A stretch of DNA of 64,000 nt, taken from assembly GCA_964016885.1 (NCBI GenBank), contig OZ024759.1, forward strand, positions 7,626,001 to 7,690,000, given 5' to 3'. The DNA is from Eledone cirrhosa (lineage: Eukaryota). Below the pieces are notes generated by a model. It searched no databases and was not told the origin of the DNA. It saw nothing but the letters and a program-made list of their open reading frames with translations. The first letter of the stretch is position 1; each line of letters opens with the position of its first letter. The translations under genes and the position numbers were made by a program. This document shows positions 57,711 through 64,000 of this stretch, in pieces.

Positions 57711-58926
57711 CAGGGTCTACCCCTGGATACGACTGGTTTAAACAGGGTCTACCCCTGGATATGACTGGTTTAAACAGGGTCTACCCCTGGATATGACTGG
57801 TTTAAACAGGGTCTACCCCTGGATATGACCGGTTTAAACAGGGTCTACTCCTGGATACGACTGGTTTAAACAGGGTCTACCCCTGGATACGACTGGTTTA
57901 AACAGGGTCTACCCCTGGATACGACCGGTTTAAACAGGGTCTACCCCTGGATATGACCGGTTTAAACAGGGTCTACCCCTGGATACGACTGGTTTAAACA
58001 GGGTCTACCCCTGGATATGACTGGTTTAAACAGGGTCTACCCCTGGATATGACCGGTTTAAACAGGGTCTACTCCTGGATACGACTGGTTTAAACAGGGT
58101 CTACCCCTGGATACGACCGGTTTAAACAGGGTCTACCCCTGGATATGACCGGTTTAAGCAGGGTCTACCCCTGGATATGACCGGTTTAAGCAGGGTCTAC
58201 CCCTGGATATGACCGGTTTAAACAGGGTCTACTCCTGGATACGACTGGTTTAAACAGGGTCTACCCCTGGATACGACTGGTTTAAACAGGGTCTACCCCT
58301 GGATATGACCGGTTTAAACAGGGTCTACTCCTGGATATGACTGGTTTAAACAGGGTCTACTCCTGGATACGACTGGTTTAAACAGGGTCTACCCCTGGAT
58401 ATGACCGGTTTAAACAGGGTCTACTCCTGGATATGACTGGTTTAAACAGGGTCTACTCCTGGATACGACTGGTTTAAACAGGGTCTACCCCTGGATATGA
58501 CTGGTTTAAACAGGGTCTACCCCTGGATATGACCGGTTTAAACAGGGTCTACCCCTGGATATGACTGGTTTAAACAGGGTCTACCCCTGGATATGACCGG
58601 TTTAAACAGGGTCTACTCCTGGATATGACCGGTTTAAACAGGGTCTACTCCTGGATATGACTGGTTTAAACAGGGTCTACCCCTGGATATGACTGGTTTA
58701 AACAGGGTCTACCCCTGGATACGACTGGTTTAAACAGGGTCTACCCCTGGATATGACCGGTTTAAACAGGGTCTACTCCTGGATATGACTGGTTTAAACA
58801 GGGTCTACTCCTGGATACGACTGGTTTAAACAGGGTCTACCCCTGGATATGACTGGTTTAAACAGGGTCTACCCCTGGATATGACCGGTTTAAACAGGGT
58901 CTACCCCTGGATATGACCGGTTTAAA
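57711..58926. repeat. 32-bp satellite CAGGGTCTACYCCTGGATAYGACYGGTTTAAA, about 38 copies
   Basis: 1216 bp equals 38 x 32; three dimorphic sites; no spacers. Confidence 0.95.
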
Positions 58927-59003
58927 TACTAAAACTTAAACCTTTCACCATCTCCTAATATGTATCTAATATATATCATACAGAATATTATATTACAATA
59001 CAA

Positions 59004-59260
59004 TACCGGTCGCTCTCCGACAGGTTTGCGGTCGTTCCCTGGCAGTGGAAACTTCTGGTGTCCTCGGCCCCAGGGCTACCTCCTTACTCACCACGATAGG
59101 CGCTGAGCTGGCCAGCCGCAGGTGTGAGCCCCGCGAGTTGGAGTGGCTTTTCCAGCACGTCTCCCTTGCCGTCCTCTGGGGAAATGCCTTCTCCATTCTG
59201 TCCGCTGGGGCTGAGGGTGGGCCCCATCACGTACCATTACATTAGTTAAATACCATTCTT
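59004..59260 (+). mobile_element. C-terminal fragment of a CRE-like (restriction-like endonuclease) non-LTR retrotransposon
   Basis: AVETSGVLGP...IG..LA....EPRE..WLFQHVSLAVLWGNAFSIL resembles the ET.G..G...FQR.S.A..RGNA motif of CRE-clade elements. Confidence 0.65.
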
Positions 59261-59465
59261 ACATCTCATACATATATATAGCATATACCATTATCTGTTG
59301 CTCCCTGTTTTCACTCCAACAACAACAACAGTCTACAACAGCCTCACATCACCAGCAATAGCTACATTAACAACTCTTGGTAACTGTTTTATATGTACTT
59401 TTTAATTGATTCCCATGGCGTAAACTATATATAACCAAATATATAGCTTATATTATATATGTATA

Positions 59466-59645
59466 TAATTGTTTCTACATTTGGCACAAGGCCAGCAATT
59501 ATCTCAGTACATTACTGGTACTTTATTTTATCGACCCCATAAGGATGAATGGCAAAGTTAACCTCAGCAGGATTTGAACTCAGATCGTAAAGGGACGTAA
59601 CTATGCTGGAAAGCATGGCGTCCGGCTGTCTAGCTATACTACCAA
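59466..59645 (-). mobile_element. Nin-domain-type SINE
   Basis: Inverse of 40346-40525. Confidence 0.85.
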
Positions 59646-59743
59646 TCCACAGGAAAAGAGAGTGCTCTATGTAGTCTACAGAGAGTGCTCTATGTAGGCT
59701 ACAGAACTTATTAGTTATGTAATAAACAACATAAGATAATTAT

Positions 59744-59805
59744 TTCATTTACCAGTGGTTTCTTGAAGACAGATATTTATATCTGTCTTCAGTCATCAGA
59801 ATGAA
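59744..59805 (-). ncRNA. Type I hammerhead ribozyme in palindrome 59712-59903 (diverged mirror copy at 59815-59871, plus strand)
   Basis: ttcatt CTGATGA c tgaagacagatat aa atatctgtcttca a GAAAC CACTG GTA aatgaa. Confidence 0.8.
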
Positions 59806-60524
59806 TAAATAACCTTTCTGACGACTGAAGACATATAAATATCTGACATCAAGAAACCACTGGTAAATGAAATAATTATCTTATGTTGTTTATTACATAA
59901 CTATATATATATATCATACAGAATATTATATTACAATACAATATATATAGCTTATATTTTATAATCTACTGCTTTTGGCCTTTGAGGCCAATAAAATAGA
60001 TTGATGTATTAGCTGAGAAGCTCATTCCACTTCGTTCCTGTTAGTGCCTTTTGTGCGGTTTATGGGCACTCTGTTGACTAGAGACCCTTCCCTGGGGACA
60101 AGTAGCTCTACCCTTGGGACTAGAGGCCCTGTTTCATGGACTAGGTGTACTCAAGGAATTAGGGGCCCTACAGAGCGGCAAGAGACTCTACTCCAGGGAC
60201 TAGGGGCCCCCTGAGAATTAAGGGCCCTAAAGTGAATGACTGGGGTCCCTACAGCAGGTAGCCCTCCCTCCTGGCTCCTCACAAGGAGGAATGGTAAAGT
60301 TGGTTTTCCTGGGATTCGAACTCAGACAGCAGAGTACTGGAACAACTAAAACATGACTTTGCGACAGATAGTGTAACAGCACAGGTAATTTACCTGCTTA
60401 ATTAACATTTTACCAGGAGAAAACTGCCAGAAAATTGGTAGTTTTCATCCTTTAATCAATCTTGGGTAACCACAGTAAGGTACTCAATACATAGCAGAGT
60501 ATATAATGTTTAATATAGAAATGG

Positions 60525-60570
60525 CTTCTACAGGACTGGAACTGTTTCATTCAAGGAAATCATCAGAAAA
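60525..60570 (-). ncRNA. Hammerhead motif with a 4-bp stem III; short inverted arm at 60576-60590
   Basis: tttt CTGATGA tttc ctt gaat GAAACAG ttccagtc CTGTA gaag. Confidence 0.68.
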
Positions 60571-61237
60571 GTTTTCCTGATGATTTCCTTCATTATATAT
60601 ATAGTGTACTCCAGCATTCGTGGTCCCTGTTATTTATGGAATTTTCCTTAGACCCTAACTCATGTCCGTGGAAGCCACCACATATTCATGGGATCGTAAA
60701 TATCTTCCATGATTTTTTAATGGCTTTTTTTGCGGCAAATATATTTCTTTAACGCTAAATTAATAACACTATACTGTATTTGCTGGCCTATTGGACGCCC
60801 CTTGTATTTTATGTTATATTTTGACGTGTATAGGCATTTTTATGGACCATGTCCAATATTGGCAGGTTTTCACTCTTCGCGGGTAGTCTAGGAACATAAC
60901 CCCCGCGAATACTGGGCAACAACTTATATGTGTGTGTATATATATATATAGGAACAGAATTATGTTTATTATACAGAGCATATAAATAAATTTACAGTAG
61001 AATAACATAACAAATATGTTTTAAATATATACATAAATAACATTACAAATGCTTAGACAACATTATAAATAGCTCGCGATTCTTTCAGAAAGATATATTC
61101 TTTTAATGTTACAATATTAAAGAAAATGTAAAGGAAGGGGTGAATAATGGAGCCAACAGCAGAGCAAAAGACAGGAGTGAGGAGTACTGGGCAACCTCTC
61201 TAATGATTTTTGAGGCAAGCCAGCATATATATATATA

Positions 61238-62317
61238 TCATCATCATCATCATCATCAACGTTTAACGTCCGTGTTCCACGCTTGCATGGGTTTGGACAG
61301 GGGTTTTCCCACTTGAGGCAAGAGTGGTTGACTTGCTCGCATAGGACTGTCTGGCGGGTTTTCTACAGCTGGATGCCCTTCCTAACACCAACCACATTTA
61401 CAGTGTGGGGCTGGGAGGTTTTTACCGTGTTGCCTACACGGCCACATTACAGCGAGGACTGTCTGGCGGGTTTTCTACAGCTGGATAGCCTTCCTAACAC
61501 CAACCACATTTACAGTATGGGGCTGGGAGGTTTTTACCGTGTTGCCTACACGGCCACATTACAGCGTGGACTGTGTGTTTTTTTGTCGTGACACCTACAC
61601 AATCTCATTTGTTTCGGCCTGGATGTTGTGGCACCAACATAACTTTACATTGAAAGGGGCGGTGTGGATGGGGTGGGGGTGGTGGGACGGGGGTGTGTTT
61701 TGTTAGAGATGCCTACTGACTGTAGTAGGTTTTACTTTGTATTTAGGTAAGGCGGGTCTTCTCTATTACTGAGTACCGCCAAAGGTCTCGGTCCAGTGAC
61801 ATTGTCTTGGAGAGGTGTAAGCGTGTGAGGTCGGAATTTATCATGTCGTCCCAGGTTTTTCTGGGTCTGCCTACTCCGTGGCTACCGTCTATCTTTATTG
61901 CCCTGCACTTTGTTATACAGCTGTCATCTTTCATGCGCATCACGTGACCATACCAACGTAGCCTTCTCTCGAGTAAACAACATCTGATCCCTCTTATTTC
62001 TAATTTTTTCCTTAGTTCGTTTATGCTTTGCCGTTCACGTATATTACTATTGCACATCCAGCGGAGCATGCAAACTTCGTTCCTCTCTAGTCTGCGTATA
62101 TCCTCTGCACACAATGCCCAGGTCTCACTGCCATGCAACATTGCTGTTCGTATGCAGGCATCATATAACCTACCTTTCATTTTTAGGGAGAACCCTTTAG
62201 CGGCTAATAGTGGTATAAGCTCTCTGAACTTTTTCCATCCAGTTCTGACTCTAGCTACTGCACTTTCAGAGCACCCTCCCCCACTGCTGATTTTGTCACC
62301 CAGGTAACGGAAGCTGT
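61238..62317 (-). mobile_element. RTE family A 3' fragment with a duplicated 3' UTR block
   Basis: ORF 61743-62180; duplicated unit of about 120 nt around 61345-61575. Confidence 0.9.
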
Positions 62318-62489
62318 ATATATATATATACCGCGATAAATTAACGGAGCCATAGAGTCTCGCTATTTTTAATTATTGTGTGTCTACCCTGCCTTTCATA
62401 GGTTATGGATTCCATACACTGTGGTTTTTCCTTTTTTTATTGATGGCGCACTATCTCTCTCTAGCGTGTTACCTTTTCAACATATTGTG

Positions 62490-62526
<37 letters not shown>

Positions 62527-62569
62527 TTAGGAATAACCAAAGAGTGCTTAGAAATACATTGTTTTATTT

Positions 62570-62614
62570 GCTAACAGTGTTTCATCCATACCCTAGGGCA
62601 GGATTCATCAGAGC
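62570..62614 (-). ncRNA. Type I hammerhead motif
   Basis: gct CTGATGA atcc tgccctagggtat ggat GAAAC ACT GTT agc. Confidence 0.7.
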
Positions 62615-63163
62615 CTATAAACAAAAATATATCAAAGGTTGCAGGCTCCATCGAGCTCAGTCACTTGAAGGACAAGTAGGGGGGTTCCAGTCCAGCGCTG
62701 TATAGAACAACACTCAATACATGATACATATAATGTCATAGAAAATTACATCAAATGTGTATCACATAAATGGTGCAATAGATCTTAAGGAGGTTGAGAG
62801 AGGAGAGCAAGAAATGAATGAGGGTGTTATTCAGCATGATCAAAACACAAAATAAAGCATAGACACATCAATTCACAAGCAGTGCAAATACATGATTTAC
62901 AGGCAGAGTATGAAAGCTTGTAAGCAGGAGTCAGTAAAAAGAGAAGTTGGTTAGCTGTGGTGCAGCTTTACAGGCAGGATTGTTTATAGGAAAGATGGTG
63001 CACTCCAGTAGTATCGCCTTGTAACAGGTCGATTTCTCCATATCAGGCCACCACCTCTATCGATTGGTTCCAGTTCCAAGCATTAGGCGACATAATACCA
63101 GGTTTCCAAACACATGCATAGAGGACTTCTCCACAGAGGCAGTCTGCAATAAACACCTTAAAT

Positions 63164-64000
63164 CTAAAATAGAATACAATGAAGTGGGGTAAAGTAGAGT
63201 ACATGCACTGCTGGCACTCCAATGAAGAAAGTGAAAATAAAACAGGTCCCCAATATCTGCTATCTCTTAAAGTCTTCACGTTCGGTTACGCAACCCAACG
63301 TCCCACGTGAAATACACTGTATGGCCAAGTTGGCATCGAACTAAAGTGCCATACCATATGTAAATATACAACAGTAAATGCTATTCATTGGGAGTTACTA
63401 ACGAGCAGATAACTTTTGAAATTGTGGAATATGAATTGTGCTGCAAATATGATAAATTATAAAACCACATTCAAGGCAATGTGCGACAGTTGATATTGAC
63501 TTCCAGCCGACTCAGGAAAGATTACAACCTCCAGATTCAGTAATCTACAGGACAACCACGTGGTGGGCATGTAAACAACATTGTTGTCATTGGTAGTTTT
63601 AGCCGTGAGTTTACTATATCTTCTGCAGTACTTGCACACACCAGAAATTTACACTTATTCTAATAAGCTCGCTTATTAACGTAGCCATCACTGCTTTTCC
63701 TTCACCCTGCCCTAGGTAATTCCATAAGTGGAGTTTTCTATATATGCTTTCTGTCTACGAGACTGACTAGCCATTACGAATAGCATTTACTGTTGTATAT
63801 TTTCATATGGTATGGCACTTTAGTTCGATGCCAACTTGGCCATACAGTGTATTTCACGTGGGACGTTGGGTTGCGTAACCGAACGTGAAGACTTTAAGAG
63901 ATAGCAGATATTGGGGACCTGTTTTATTTTCACTTTCTTCATTGGAGTGCCAGCAGTGCATGTACTCTACTTTACCCCACTTCATTGTATTCTATTTTAG
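63164..64000. repeat. Long inverted repeat: 63164-63386 vs 63778-64000, ~390-bp spacer, right arm runs off the window
   Basis: About 223 bp visible, with one mismatch seen. Confidence 0.92.

Noticed and set aside
57711-58926. CRISPR-like 32-bp repeat array
   Set aside because: Units are contiguous with no unique spacers, there are no cas genes, and the context is eukaryotic

Overview
Eukaryotic, repeat-saturated, apparently intergenic or intronic DNA, most likely from an octopod or other coleoid cephalopod. That assignment is inferred from the SINE and LINE families and the very long (TA)n-type tracts. No host gene is recognisable, and the long Y/I/H/C-rich ORFs are microsatellite artefacts. 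Mobile elements: a Tx1/L1-type LINE, a CR1-group LINE with an open RT ORF, many RTE LINE fragments with partner tRNA-derived SINEs, Penelope-like (GIY-YIG) fragments, a CRE-like fragment, a DD37D-type mariner, a hAT-like transposon and a deleted Helitron. Most of these abut TA tracts. Main observation: many short unique islands between the TA tracts carry type I hammerhead ribozyme motifs (stem I-CUGANGA-stem II-GAAA-stem III-NUH-stem I). About ten loci fold convincingly and several more are degenerate. They come from many unrelated sequence families, and several sit in head-to-head palindromes whose two 3' ends face outward into TA tracts. This suggests a diverse TA-targeting Penelope-pLTR/retrozyme-like system that inserts in inverted pairs. 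All folds were read by eye and none was computed.
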